A stretch of DNA of 64,000 bases, taken from assembly GCA_963676395.1 (NCBI GenBank), contig OY781066.1:1888001-1952000 (forward strand). Reading direction: 5' to 3'. Shown one piece after another: positions 37,203-47,320 of this stretch. The notes beneath the pieces were generated by a model that saw only the letters and a list, made by a program, of their open reading frames with translations, made no database searches and was not told where the DNA came from. Every line of letters begins with the position of its first letter. Position 1 is the stretch's first letter. Origin of the DNA: a bacterium (lineage in GTDB: Bacteria > Fidelibacterota > Fidelibacteria > Fidelibacterales > Fidelibacteraceae). The position numbers and the translations under genes are program-made.

Positions 37203-38471
37203 TCTCATCTTCGCAATATAAAAACCATCGCTGTTATATTCATGAGGCAGTAATTGTAGATCTTTTTTTTCTTGTTTACCTTTGATGCGTATCCCATGAT
37301 CTTCGAGGTCTTTGTATACAGAGACCATTTCAAATTCAGGGTGTTTTGATAGAAAATTTTGTATTTGAAGTGTGTTTTCTTCGGGAATAATTGAGCAAGT
37401 GGCGTAGACCAGATAGCCACCTTTGCTTACCAAGAAAGCATTTGATTCTAATATATTTGCTTGTTCGTTTATATAATTTTGCAAGCGTTCTTCATTGAGT
37501 TCCCATTTTCTATCGGGATGCCGCCCATATACACCGGTGCCCGAACAGGGTGCATCAAGTAGTAAAATATCGACTTTTTCTTTATAGATGCGTTTGATCT
37601 TTTCGATGGGGATTAATTTGATATGTCTGAATCCCAGGCGTTTTGCACGAATTACCAATTCTTTTAAACGACTGGGGTATTTATCTGTAGCTACAAGATT
37701 TCCGCTATCTTTTTGCAGTGCGGCAAGATGCATGGTTTTACCACCGGCACCGGCACACAGGTCGACCACAAGATCTTCGGCTTTTGGGTTGCATACCAAT
37801 CCCACTAGTTGGGAGCTTTCATCCTGAAGCTCAAACCAACCTTTTTTGTAACAGGGATGCTGAGATAGATTCTGGTATTTTTCCAAACGCAAAGCTTCGG
37901 GAGATAAGGCTCCTAGACGAAATGGGACATTGCTGAGATTTTCCATTAATCGAGGTGTGTTTATTTGCTGTGTATTTGTCCTGAGATGTACACCGGGTGA
38001 TCGCAATAATGACTGAAGTGCCTCTTCAACTTCTTGTTCACTATAGGCGTCTTTGATATGATCCCATAAAACATCCGGTACCGAATACTTTATTTTTAGC
38101 TCATTGGGATATACATCTTTGTACTCATGCTCTTGAAAGAATTTTGAGATATTATCTTCAATCTTAAATACTACGGTATCTCCATGATCAGGAAAGGTTC
38201 TTTTAAAAGCATGGACTGTCAGTAACTCGGGAGATAATTTATCACCCAAGGCATTGTCTTCGCCGGTGAGCTGCCACGTATACAGGCGTAGGTTTTTTAC
38301 CATATTAAAGAATAGATCGTCAATGAAACGTCTGTCTTTAGAACCTAGATACTTACGCTCAAAGAAGTATTGTCGCTTTATTTTATCAGCCGCTTTTGCG
38401 TGATGTTCTTTTCTATACCAGAGTGAAAAGAGCTCACTGGTATGACTTAGCAGTAAAGGTATGTTTTTCAT
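37191..38471 (-). CDS. RsmB/NOL1/NOP2 RNA m5C methyltransferase; start ATG 38471
   Basis: LGSKDRR, ELQDESSQ, DLCAGAGGKT, LLDAPCSGTG, YATCS, DGFYIA. Confidence 0.92.
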   Translation of the reverse strand: MKNIPLLLSHTSELFSLWYRKEHHAKAADKIKRQYFFERKYLGSKDRRFIDDLFFNMVKNLRLYTWQLTGEDNALGDKLSPELLTVHAFKRTFPDHGDTVVFKIEDNISKFFQEHEYKDVYPNELKIKYSVPDVLWDHIKDAYSEQEVEEALQSLLRSPGVHLRTNTQQINTPRLMENLSNVPFRLGALSPEALRLEKYQNLSQHPCYKKGWFELQDESSQLVGLVCNPKAEDLVVDLCAGAGGKTMHLAALQKDSGNLVATDKYPSRLKELVIRAKRLGFRHIKLIPIEKIKRIYKEKVDILLLDAPCSGTGVYGRHPDRKWELNEERLQNYINEQANILESNAFLVSKGGYLVYATCSIIPEENTLQIQNFLSKHPEFEMVSVYKDLEDHGIRIKGKQEKKDLQLLPHEYNSDGFYIAKMRRKS

Positions 38472-38773
38472 TGTTCTACGTATGCGAACTTTCTGCTGAT
38501 CGACGTGCACTTTGCGTTGAGTATGTAGAAATATATCCTCGAAGGATGTTCTGACAAGTCGATCGTATGTTCGTATTGTCCTTGCGTTAATTTTTAATTC
38601 AATTCTTTTGATACCACTGGCTTTTGCAAGTCTATCAACTCCAATAATACATCACAATCTCTCGGAATGCTAAAAGAAATTTTGGTAAATCCATTAAAAG
38701 GATTTGAAGTATTTAGCAATAAATTCATGCTTTGAGGGAGTAAGATTTTATTAAAAATAGCCGATAGTATCAC
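38468..38773 (-). pseudogene. Remnant of a T9SS-cargo gene: C-terminal sorting domain with internal stop
   Basis: One frame reads LLPQSMNLLLNTSNPFNGFTKISFSIPRDCDVLLELIDLQKPVVSKELN*KLTQGQYEHTIDLSEHPSRIYFYILNAKCTSISRKFAYVEQ*; terminal TGA overlaps the rsmB ATG. Confidence 0.75.
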
Positions 38774-39142
38774 TTTCTTTAATCTTTAGGTTATTATAAA
38801 TAGGCAAGTCGCAATAGGGGTGGCTTTGCGAAGTATCCCCGCGTTTGAATTGTATCGATATTTTATTTATGCATGCTGGTGCTTGTGCTGATTAATCTCT
38901 GCCAACGCGGTGTTTTTTGTCATTATCCCAGTTTGTTGGAGCGATAATAAATTTTAATGGTATTTATCGGGAATAGATTTCACGATAACTCGAACGTCCT
39001 ATTAACCCAAACATAAACACAAAGATCTAGGTCTATAGCAATTAGTTTTAGCAAGCAATCAGAAAATCAATTATTTCCATAGTCACTCATTCGAATGTTC
39101 GATTTTTCTTCTTCATAAAGAAGATTCTTCTTATAATTCATC

Positions 39143-39448
39143 ATGAAAAAGATACTGCCCCACATTTTAGTTTTGATCCTGTTGTTTTCTGCGTGCTCTC
39201 AACCGCGTAAAAGCGAAGTCATTTACCGTTTTTACGCGAAAGATAAGATGACTTGTGTTGATTCTTTACGATCTGCATTACTTGATACCGATGGTTTGGA
39301 GATGTTGGTAATGTATCCTGATTCCGATGTTGTGATCATTCATTATGACCGTTTTAGAACACATCAAAATAAGATCGAAGCACATTTTATTAAGTGTAAT
39401 TATTGCTTTGAATTGATTAATAAATCCCCTTTAAAGGAGATTAAATAA
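39143..39448 (+). CDS. Small lipoprotein with degenerate HMA-like fold
   Basis: Lipobox FSAC; KMTCVDSLRSALLDTDGL...VVIIHYD pattern. Confidence 0.55.
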   Translation: MKKILPHILVLILLFSACSQPRKSEVIYRFYAKDKMTCVDSLRSALLDTDGLEMLVMYPDSDVVIIHYDRFRTHQNKIEAHFIKCNYCFELINKSPLKEIK

Positions 39449-40468
39449 ATGAATGGAAAAATTAAAGCCATTGGATTGTTGTCAGGTGGACTAGATTCCG
39501 TGTTAGCGGCTGCTTTGATCCGGGATCAAGGAATCGAAGTGACCGGTTTATTGATCCGTACTGGCTTTACCGACCATAAAGAAGTATCTGATGATGGTAA
39601 ACGTACCGTTGAAAAGACTGCCAAAGAGCTCGGAATTAAATTCCGAATAGAAAATATTCAAGAAGAATATTGGGATACATTACTATACCCAAAACATGGC
39701 TATGGTAAAAATGTTAACCCTTGTTTAGATTGCCATACTCATATGGTTCGTGTAGCCGCTCGCGTGATGAAAGAAGAAGGAGCGCACTTTGTATTTACCG
39801 GAGAAGTGGTGGGGCAAAGACCTAAAAGTCAGTTGGCTCATCAAATGAAGATAGCTTTGCAAGAAAGCGGTATCGAGGGAAGATTGCTGCGTCCTCTTTC
39901 CGCACTACGTCTTGAGCCCACAATCCCCGAAATTGAAGGTTGGGTTGATCGAGAGAAACTAAAAGGCTTTGAAGGACGAGGGAGAACTCCACAGTTGGAA
40001 CTGGCTAAGGAATTAGGTGTTCAGGATTTGGCCGTAGCTGCCGGGGGGAATTGCTATTTGATCGTTCCGGAGTATGGTGACAGATTTAAAGATTTATTAA
40101 AGTATAATGGCAAAGAGAATTTTCCCAAAGAAGATGCACCACTATTAAAAATCGGTCGACATTTCAGAATCTCCGATACTGCAAAACTGGTGATCTCCCG
40201 GGATGAATCGGAATTTCATTTATTGCAACCTTTTCGTGAAGACCGTTACTATATGGAGTTAAAGGATGTTATTGGTGGTGTTGCCATCGGTTCAGGAGAA
40301 TTTTCTCAGGAAGATATAAAGCTCTCAGGTGCTTTGTTAGCTCGATATTCTAAAGCAAATGCCAGTGAAAATGTCACGTTAATTGTTCATAAAGATGGGC
40401 AAGAAGAAGAAATCACTGTAAAAACATTAGAAAATAACGATCCTTTAATAGCAAAAATGAGGTTATGA
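39449..40468 (+). CDS. PP-loop tRNA thiolation enzyme (ThiI/MnmA-like) with C-terminal NFACT-R/DUF814-like domain
   Basis: LSGGLDS, NPCLDCH, GEVVGQRPKSQ, GRLLRPLSA, GGNC, GRHFR. Confidence 0.8.
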   Translation: MNGKIKAIGLLSGGLDSVLAAALIRDQGIEVTGLLIRTGFTDHKEVSDDGKRTVEKTAKELGIKFRIENIQEEYWDTLLYPKHGYGKNVNPCLDCHTHMVRVAARVMKEEGAHFVFTGEVVGQRPKSQLAHQMKIALQESGIEGRLLRPLSALRLEPTIPEIEGWVDREKLKGFEGRGRTPQLELAKELGVQDLAVAAGGNCYLIVPEYGDRFKDLLKYNGKENFPKEDAPLLKIGRHFRISDTAKLVISRDESEFHLLQPFREDRYYMELKDVIGGVAIGSGEFSQEDIKLSGALLARYSKANASENVTLIVHKDGQEEEITVKTLENNDPLIAKMRL

Positions 40469-40703
40469 GCCACCTTGTCATTTTGATTATATTTTTAATT
40501 TAATTTAAAAGTAGAGATGGAATTTATGTCATGGATGATTGCTTAAAGGAGTATCCTAAGATTTAAGCATGTGATTTTATGAAAATATTCGGAACAACTT
40601 TTAACAAAAATAATTTGATAAAAGCACGGAAATCTATTAGTTTCATCAGGTCTGGAGGGTTGCAAAAGCAACTCGTTTTTTATAGTGATTTTTTGAGGAG
40701 AGT

Positions 40704-42329
40704 ATGTTAAAGATCGTACAAAAAGAGATAGAAAATGTTCTTCAAGAATTAAGGTGGGAAATCCCCAATTTTAATGTAGAACGTCCCCGTAAAAGCAGCT
40801 TTGGTCATGCTTCATCGAATGTTGCTATGACATTGGCAAAACAGTTAAAACGCAGACCTTTGGATATTGCTAAGGAGATCGTAGAAGCTCTTGACAATAA
40901 GATCGAACATGTCGAAAAAATCGAAGTGGTAAATCCGGGATTTATTAATTTCTTTTTCAAATCGTCTTATTTTCAGTCATTTATACCACAAATAAGAAAA
41001 GAAAAAGCGGAGTTTCAAAAATCAGCTTACGGTAAAGATAAAACGGTTCAGGTTGAATTTGTGTCAGCGAATCCAACCGGGCCCTTAACCATTGGGCATG
41101 GTCGTCAAGCTGTATTAGGTGATGCAATTTCACGTATCCTTGAATGGCATGATTACGCCGTTACCCGTGAATACTATTTTAATGATGCCGGTCGCCAAAT
41201 GCGTATGCTAGGGCTATCGGTTTTGGCTCGTTATAAAGAACTTCTTGGGGAAGAACTTGAAATTCCCGAAGGTGGTTACGAAGGCACTTATATTATTGAT
41301 ATTGCCGAAGATTTTAGAAAAGAACATGGCGATGCCAAGAATGAAGATGATCTTGAGCTCTTTATCGAATTCGCATCAAACGCTATTTTTATCACTATTC
41401 GCGATACCTTAAAGCGACTTGGTATAGAACATGATGTTTATTTCAATGAAAAAGACCTTTATAAACAGGGTAAAATCAAAGAAGTTCTAGCTGAATTGGG
41501 TAAACGCGGTCATACTTACGAAAAAGAAGACGCAACTTGGTTTAAGGCTACGGAATTTGGTGCTGAAAAGGACCGTGTTTTAGTCAAGAATACTGGCGAA
41601 CCGACTTATCGTTTACCAGATATTGCTTACCATCGTGAAAAGATCCGTCGCGGATTCGATATGATCATTGATATTTTTGGCGCAGATCATCATGCTACAT
41701 ATCCCGATGTAAAAGCCGCACTTGAAGCGATGGATTTTGATACTTCACATATTCGCGTTTTGCTACATCAATTTGTTACGCTTACCAAGAATGGTGAGAT
41801 GGTTAAAATGTCTACACGTAAAGCGAATTTTGTTACCCTTGATGAATTAATGGATCTTGCGGGTACCGATGTGGTAAGATATTTTTATATAATGCGTTCC
41901 ATGGATTCTCATTTGAATTTTGATTTGGCATTGGCACAAAAACAAACAGATGAAAATCCTGTTTTTTATCTTCAGTATGCGCACGCAAGGATTTCGAATA
42001 TTTTACGACACAGTACAGAAAAGGGCATAGATTCGTATGAAGATGTTGATCTGACACTCTTAAAAGAAGCAGAGATCATCTCTTTGATTGAAACCATGCT
42101 TGAATTTGGTGATATCATGGAATTGTGCCGTAAAAGTCTCGAACCTATGCACTTAACAAATTACCTTTATAAGCTGGCAACAGCCTTTCATAAATTTTAT
42201 TCTGTCCACCGGGTTGTTACTGATGATATTCCGCTTTCGAAGGCCAGACTACAACTTATCGATGCCGTAAGAATCATTTTGGCAAACGGTTTGAATATTC
42301 TTGGAGTAAGTGCTCCTGAAAGGATGTAA
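40704..42329 (+). CDS. argS: Arginyl-tRNA synthetase
   Basis: VEFVSANPTGPLTIGHGR, GADHH, KMSTRK, YLQYAHAR, GVSAPERM. Confidence 0.97.
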   Translation: MLKIVQKEIENVLQELRWEIPNFNVERPRKSSFGHASSNVAMTLAKQLKRRPLDIAKEIVEALDNKIEHVEKIEVVNPGFINFFFKSSYFQSFIPQIRKEKAEFQKSAYGKDKTVQVEFVSANPTGPLTIGHGRQAVLGDAISRILEWHDYAVTREYYFNDAGRQMRMLGLSVLARYKELLGEELEIPEGGYEGTYIIDIAEDFRKEHGDAKNEDDLELFIEFASNAIFITIRDTLKRLGIEHDVYFNEKDLYKQGKIKEVLAELGKRGHTYEKEDATWFKATEFGAEKDRVLVKNTGEPTYRLPDIAYHREKIRRGFDMIIDIFGADHHATYPDVKAALEAMDFDTSHIRVLLHQFVTLTKNGEMVKMSTRKANFVTLDELMDLAGTDVVRYFYIMRSMDSHLNFDLALAQKQTDENPVFYLQYAHARISNILRHSTEKGIDSYEDVDLTLLKEAEIISLIETMLEFGDIMELCRKSLEPMHLTNYLYKLATAFHKFYSVHRVVTDDIPLSKARLQLIDAVRIILANGLNILGVSAPERM

Positions 42330-42339
42330 AAGGATCAGC

Positions 42340-44181
42340 ATGAAGAAAATTTATCCGGTAATATTTATCGTAATAGCTTTATTATTTTTGTCTTGTATGG
42401 GGACTAACAAAGAATTGCTTAGCGAACCAGAGACAGAGATCGTTACCGATACCATAAAACAGGAGATCACAACGACAATTATTCCTGTTGATGTAGATCC
42501 TGAAATCATTACTCGTTTTGATAAGTATATGACTCAAGCGAAGGTTCACTATGTTGATGCTTTGATCGCTGAACAGGAAGAAGATTCTGTTGAGGCCAGT
42601 TTTCAATTGAGTATTGTATTTGATCTCCTGGCAAATATTGAATCCTACAATAATATGGATGAGATCCAGTATAATCAGTTTAAAGAATTTACTCATCAGA
42701 TACAAAGTGAGTTCGAAGAGTATGCTCCTGATGTTTCGGAGTTACATGAACAATTTACATTGTCTGATATGAAAGAGGCAATGAGCGCTATTACCGATGA
42801 TTATTTTAACGGTAAAGAGAATAAAACGGATTATCTTGTGCTTGAAGATAGAGATGGACATGTGCCAATTATTGTTAATTCGCGTGTGGCCAGCTCGATC
42901 AAGTTGTTCAGGGGCAAACGTCGTGGAGATATGCAAACCTGGATAAAACGTAAAGCGAAATATGACCGTTTGCTAAGAAAGATTCTCACCGACAATGGTA
43001 TCCCGGAAGAATTTGTTTATTTAAGTATGCTGGAAAGTGAAATGCTACCCGATGCACGCTCTAGAGTTGCTGCTGTTGGTCTATGGCAATTTATGGATTA
43101 TACAGCTAAATCATTCGGTTTAAAATACGATTATTGGGTGGATGAGCGTCGAGATCCAATTAAATCTACTTTAGCTGCCGCAAAATATCTGATGTATCTT
43201 TATGAAGAATTTCAAGATTGGTATTTGGTGATGGCCGCTTTTAATGCCGGCGAAGGTCGAGTAGGGCGTTCTATTCGTTATGAACATACCAGAGATTACT
43301 GGCAACTAAAATCATTGCCCAAAGCGACTCGTAAATACGTTCCTTACATTATGGCAGTTGCTGCGATCTCAATAGAACCTGAAAAATATGGCTTTAAAAA
43401 TTACCGTCCTCAACCTACTTGGGGAAGTGATTGTGATACATTAACCTTAGAACAGAGTTATGAGCTTGAAAAGATCGCCAGAGTATGTGGAATTTCTTTT
43501 GATAAACTAAGAGAGATGAATCCTGAATTACGTAAATTGAATTCACCTCCATATAACTATGTTATTAGGTTGCCCAAAGGCAAGCGCGCTAAGTTGGCTG
43601 AAGAGATCAGAGTGATGGAAGCTGCTCCAACTCATGTCGTTTATAAAGTGAAATCCGGTGATACCATTTCACAGATTGCGATGAAGTATGGAATGAGAGC
43701 TCAGGATATTATGAAAGCGAATAAGCTTACGAGTTCCAGAATTAACATTGGACAGAGATTGATCCTACCTCAAGGAGGCGCTTCATATTTGTCCGGTGGA
43801 TCAATATATAAAGAACCAAAATCTCACTCAACAAAAGGGAGACCCGATCTTTCGGCTTCTCACAGAAAGATCGTCTATACGGTTAAAGCCGGTGACACGT
43901 TAGGAGATATTGCCGAGATCTATGATACTCGAGCTTCACGTATCCGAGTTTGGAATGGATTACAGTACGGTGAATATATTCATCCAAAACAGAAGCTGAC
44001 TATCTGGGTACCAAAGGGTGAATCGTATCAAACAGTGGCGCAATATTATACGGTTAAAACCGGTGATTCTTTTGAAAAGATCGCAAAGAGTTTTGGTTTG
44101 TCTAACAATGAATTAAAGAAACTAAATCCCAGCATGAATTATTCTAAGATTTATCCCGGAGATAAGATTAGAATCCAATAA
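42340..44181 (+). CDS. MltD-like lytic transglycosylase lipoprotein with three LysM domains; start ATG 42340
   Basis: Lipobox FLSC; LESE, AVGLWQFM, DERRDP, AAFNAGEG; YKVKSGDT, YTVKAGDT, YTVKTGDS. Confidence 0.9.
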   Translation: MKKIYPVIFIVIALLFLSCMGTNKELLSEPETEIVTDTIKQEITTTIIPVDVDPEIITRFDKYMTQAKVHYVDALIAEQEEDSVEASFQLSIVFDLLANIESYNNMDEIQYNQFKEFTHQIQSEFEEYAPDVSELHEQFTLSDMKEAMSAITDDYFNGKENKTDYLVLEDRDGHVPIIVNSRVASSIKLFRGKRRGDMQTWIKRKAKYDRLLRKILTDNGIPEEFVYLSMLESEMLPDARSRVAAVGLWQFMDYTAKSFGLKYDYWVDERRDPIKSTLAAAKYLMYLYEEFQDWYLVMAAFNAGEGRVGRSIRYEHTRDYWQLKSLPKATRKYVPYIMAVAAISIEPEKYGFKNYRPQPTWGSDCDTLTLEQSYELEKIARVCGISFDKLREMNPELRKLNSPPYNYVIRLPKGKRAKLAEEIRVMEAAPTHVVYKVKSGDTISQIAMKYGMRAQDIMKANKLTSSRINIGQRLILPQGGASYLSGGSIYKEPKSHSTKGRPDLSASHRKIVYTVKAGDTLGDIAEIYDTRASRIRVWNGLQYGEYIHPKQKLTIWVPKGESYQTVAQYYTVKTGDSFEKIAKSFGLSNNELKKLNPSMNYSKIYPGDKIRIQ

Positions 44182-44187
44182 TAATTC

Positions 44188-44216
44188 TTGCATAAACTTT
44201 TAAAAAAAACTATCTT
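44188..44216 (+). promoter_or_regulatory. Promoter of HU-bS22 unit
   Basis: TTGCAT-17 nt-TATCTT ending 8 nt before the ATG. Confidence 0.65.
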
Positions 44217-44224
44217 ACACGGCT

Positions 44225-44515
44225 ATGAGAAAATCGGACATTATAAAAGAAATATCGGCGCAGACGGGCTTAACTCAGGTTGAGACAGAAGCGGTAATCG
44301 AAGGCTTCATTACTATCGTAAGCGAAGCGTTAATTCAGGGTGAACGCGTTGACCTTCGTGGTTTTGGTAATTTCATCCTTAAGACTCGGAAAGCAAAAGC
44401 AGCCCGAAATATCTCCACAGGAGAGACGGTACATGTTCCCGAACATTACCTACCATATTTCAAGGCTTCTGAATCGCTAAAAGGCCGGGTTAACAAGAAT
44501 CTTAAAAAAGCGTAA
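44225..44515 (+). CDS. HU/IHF-family DNA-binding protein
   Basis: MRKSDII, VDLRGFGNF, RKAKAARNISTGE, FKAS. Confidence 0.93.
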   Translation: MRKSDIIKEISAQTGLTQVETEAVIEGFITIVSEALIQGERVDLRGFGNFILKTRKAKAARNISTGETVHVPEHYLPYFKASESLKGRVNKNLKKA

Positions 44516-44529
44516 TTGGAGGTAGGTTA

Positions 44530-44625
44530 ATGCCCTGCGGTAAAAAACGTAAAAAGAGCAAGATCCGCAACCATAAGCGGAAAAAACGTCTCAGAAAGAA
44601 TAGACACAAAAAGAAAAACAAATAA
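44530..44625 (+). CDS. 31-aa basic peptide, bS22/mS38 (AURKAIP1/COX24)-like ribosomal protein (not in ORF track)
   Basis: MPCGKKRKKSKIRNHKRKKRLRKNRHKKKNK; SD GGAGGT; followed by terminator. Confidence 0.88.
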   Translation: MPCGKKRKKSKIRNHKRKKRLRKNRHKKKNK

Positions 44626-44632
44626 TTTTTCT

Positions 44633-44659
44633 AAGAGACTCTTGCAGTCTCTTTTTTTT
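44633..44659 (+). terminator. Intrinsic terminator after the bS22-like gene
   Basis: aagagact-cttgc-agtctctt plus T-tract; second hairpin at 44677-44702. Confidence 0.75.
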
Positions 44660-44808
44660 ATACAGTTTTACTATTTACCTCAGGTTTAGGCCTGAGGTTT
44701 TTAATGTGGATAGAAATTTAATTGACTTAAATGAAAAATATTAATTGCTTAGTAAAAGCATTATAAATACTTCTTTATCTCATTACTATTTTTCCGTAAT
44801 ATTATCTA

Positions 44809-46086
44809 ATGACATATATACAAAGCGTATCAGACATCACAAAACTTATTAAATCCAAACTGGAACGAGATATTCCCGAGTCTTTGGTTCGCGCCGAGAT
44901 CTCAGAGTGTAAGTTCCATGTGTCCGGGCATGTGTATTTGACTCTTAAAGATCCTGGAGCTGTTATGCCGGCGGTGATCTGGCGTACAACAGCAAGTCAA
45001 TTGATGACCAAGCCGGCAGTTGGGATGGAGGTTTTGGTTTCGGGCAAATTGAGTGTTTACGCACCTCATGGACGATATCAATTTATCATTAATTCTTTAC
45101 AAGAGGCCGGTCGAGGTGCTTTATTTTTACAGTATGAAGAATTAAAAAAACGCTTGATTAATGAAGGTTTATGTGACCTGGATAAAAAGCATAGCATCCC
45201 TCAGTATCCTATGCATGTTGGTTTAGTAACATCTGAGACAGCTGCTGCTTTGCAGGATATCTTACGTGTGTTTAGACAAGAAGCTCCCCATGTTAAGTTA
45301 ACGCTTTGCCCTGCTCGCGTACAGGGAAGGGGAGGTGCTGAAACGGTTATAGAAGCTCTTAGGGCTCTAAAAAATATACAACCCGATTGTGTGATCGTCG
45401 CGCGCGGTGGTGGTTCTATAGAGGATCTATGGGAGTTTAACAGTGAAGCACTGGCACGCTATGTCGCAGATTATTCTATTCCGCTTATTGCCGGTATCGG
45501 GCACGAAACTGATACGACCATTATTGATCTTGTTGCAGATCATCGTTCATCTACACCCACCAATGCCGCAGAATTTATTTGCGCACCTTGGAGAGAGGTA
45601 AAACTATCATTAAATCAAATGGACGTTGCATTGGTGAACTCTATGAGTCGGGTAATAGAACGACAAACACTCAGATTGTATAATGCTCAGCGATACCTGA
45701 GCTCGCGTCGTATTAGCGAAAATCTACAAAGTTATCGCGAACGTATAGACTTTCTGCAGAAAAGATCCGTATCCGTCATTCAAAGGCGAGCTGAAAACAT
45801 TCTTGCTAAAAAAGAACGCATACACAATATGTGGGGAAGAATGCAAAAGGCGGCGAGTCATACTTATAACTTAAATCGATCAAAACTTGGTGGAATAATA
45901 GGGAAGTTGACAGCATATTCACCTGAAAATGTACTAAAAAAAGGGTACACGCTTATTAAAGATAGAAATGGAAAACTCCTGCGAACTGTAAAAAGTTTGC
46001 AGCTTGATGATCATGTGAACATAAGATTTCATGATGGTAGTAGATCTGCGGTCATAACAGAAGATAAAGGAAATAACAATGAGTAA
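44809..46086 (+). CDS. xseA: Exodeoxyribonuclease VII large subunit
   Basis: SGHVYLTLKD, ARGGGSIEDLWEFN, GIGHETD, TPTNAAE, VLKKGY. Confidence 0.95.
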   Translation: MTYIQSVSDITKLIKSKLERDIPESLVRAEISECKFHVSGHVYLTLKDPGAVMPAVIWRTTASQLMTKPAVGMEVLVSGKLSVYAPHGRYQFIINSLQEAGRGALFLQYEELKKRLINEGLCDLDKKHSIPQYPMHVGLVTSETAAALQDILRVFRQEAPHVKLTLCPARVQGRGGAETVIEALRALKNIQPDCVIVARGGGSIEDLWEFNSEALARYVADYSIPLIAGIGHETDTTIIDLVADHRSSTPTNAAEFICAPWREVKLSLNQMDVALVNSMSRVIERQTLRLYNAQRYLSSRRISENLQSYRERIDFLQKRSVSVIQRRAENILAKKERIHNMWGRMQKAASHTYNLNRSKLGGIIGKLTAYSPENVLKKGYTLIKDRNGKLLRTVKSLQLDDHVNIRFHDGSRSAVITEDKGNNNE

Positions 46087-46285
46087 AGACCTTAATTTTG
46101 AAGAAGCCATGAAAGAGCTTGAAGAGATCGTGGTTAAAATAGAAAGCGAAGATACCGCTTTGGAAGAAATTCTTGAATTATATGAAAGGGGATCGGAGTT
46201 GAGCTCTCGATGCCAGAGTATTCTTGATAAAACCCAGGAGAAACTTGAGACGATACAAAAACAAGTTGAAAGTTCGGAGGTATAG
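46079..46285 (+). CDS. xseB: Exodeoxyribonuclease VII small subunit
   Basis: FEEAMKELEEIV, LEEILELYERG, C..IL. Confidence 0.92.
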   Translation: MSKDLNFEEAMKELEEIVVKIESEDTALEEILELYERGSELSSRCQSILDKTQEKLETIQKQVESSEV

Positions 46286-47290
46286 ATGAAAAAGATCATT
46301 TTACTAGTATTGCTTGCTTTACTTCTTTTTTCATGTGGTGATTATAAACCTCTTGCGGGCGGTTCACCTATTGCGATCAATACGCTGGTCAGTGAAGATA
46401 TTTGGAATGAAGTGGGTGCAGAGTTGAGCTCTAAAGTAGAATATGAAATTCGCACACCACAGATAGAAAAGCTTTTTTTCTTTAGACAATTTGAATTGGA
46501 GAATTATAAAGAATACCGTGATGATAAATTGATTATTCTCATTGCGACGCTGGATGGTAAAGATGATGTTTCTCAGTTTATTCAAAATAGTATTTCTGCT
46601 GATATTCGTACGGCGGTTGAAAGTGGGGAACAGTATTTCTTCTATGAATATGATAAGTACGCCATGCGACAGACTTACATGCTTCTGCTGGCCAATACGA
46701 AAGAAGAGTTGAAACAAATCGCTAAAGAACAGGGAGCAAAGATCTATCAAGCCATCAATAAAGGTTTCCTTGATGCTCAATTTAAGCAGTTGTATTATGC
46801 TGCCGAAGAAAAAGAAATTTCGGAAGAACTATTTGAAAAATTTGGATTTTCATTCAGATTGCCACATTCATATGAGATTATTGAAATAGATGAAGATAGG
46901 CATATCATACATTTGGGTGTTCCGCGACCTCAGAGAAATATCATTATTTATTGGACTGAAGGTGGTTTTAATAAAGTAGTTGACCAAGAATGGGCTTTGC
47001 GCATGAAATATTGGTTAATGCAGAATCAAATGGATAAGATATATATAGAAAAATCTTATGCACGCTATCGTACGGTTGAGTGGAATGGTGTGATCGTGAA
47101 TAATATTCGTGGCTTATGGGGGCATCCAACCAAGCTTATGGGGGGACCGTATACTTTGTTTTATTTCTATGATGGTGTTACAGATCGTACATATTTTATT
47201 GATTGTATGGTTTATGCGCCCGGTCAAAGTAAAGCTGTATTTTTAAGGCAGATGGAGATCGTAGCATCAACATTTTATACCAGTAAATAA
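46286..47290 (+). CDS. DUF4837-like lipoprotein
   Basis: Lipobox LFSC; TPQIE, RGLW...MGGPY, YAPGQSK. Confidence 0.75.
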   Translation: MKKIILLVLLALLLFSCGDYKPLAGGSPIAINTLVSEDIWNEVGAELSSKVEYEIRTPQIEKLFFFRQFELENYKEYRDDKLIILIATLDGKDDVSQFIQNSISADIRTAVESGEQYFFYEYDKYAMRQTYMLLLANTKEELKQIAKEQGAKIYQAINKGFLDAQFKQLYYAAEEKEISEELFEKFGFSFRLPHSYEIIEIDEDRHIIHLGVPRPQRNIIIYWTEGGFNKVVDQEWALRMKYWLMQNQMDKIYIEKSYARYRTVEWNGVIVNNIRGLWGHPTKLMGGPYTLFYFYDGVTDRTYFIDCMVYAPGQSKAVFLRQMEIVASTFYTSK

Positions 47291-47320
47291 GATAAGCGAC
47301 AGTTGAATTTTATAAATATT

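Noticed and set aside
38472..38510. ORF-track GTG extension of rsmB
   Set aside because: It lies within the pseudogene remnant, whose stop overlaps ATG 38471
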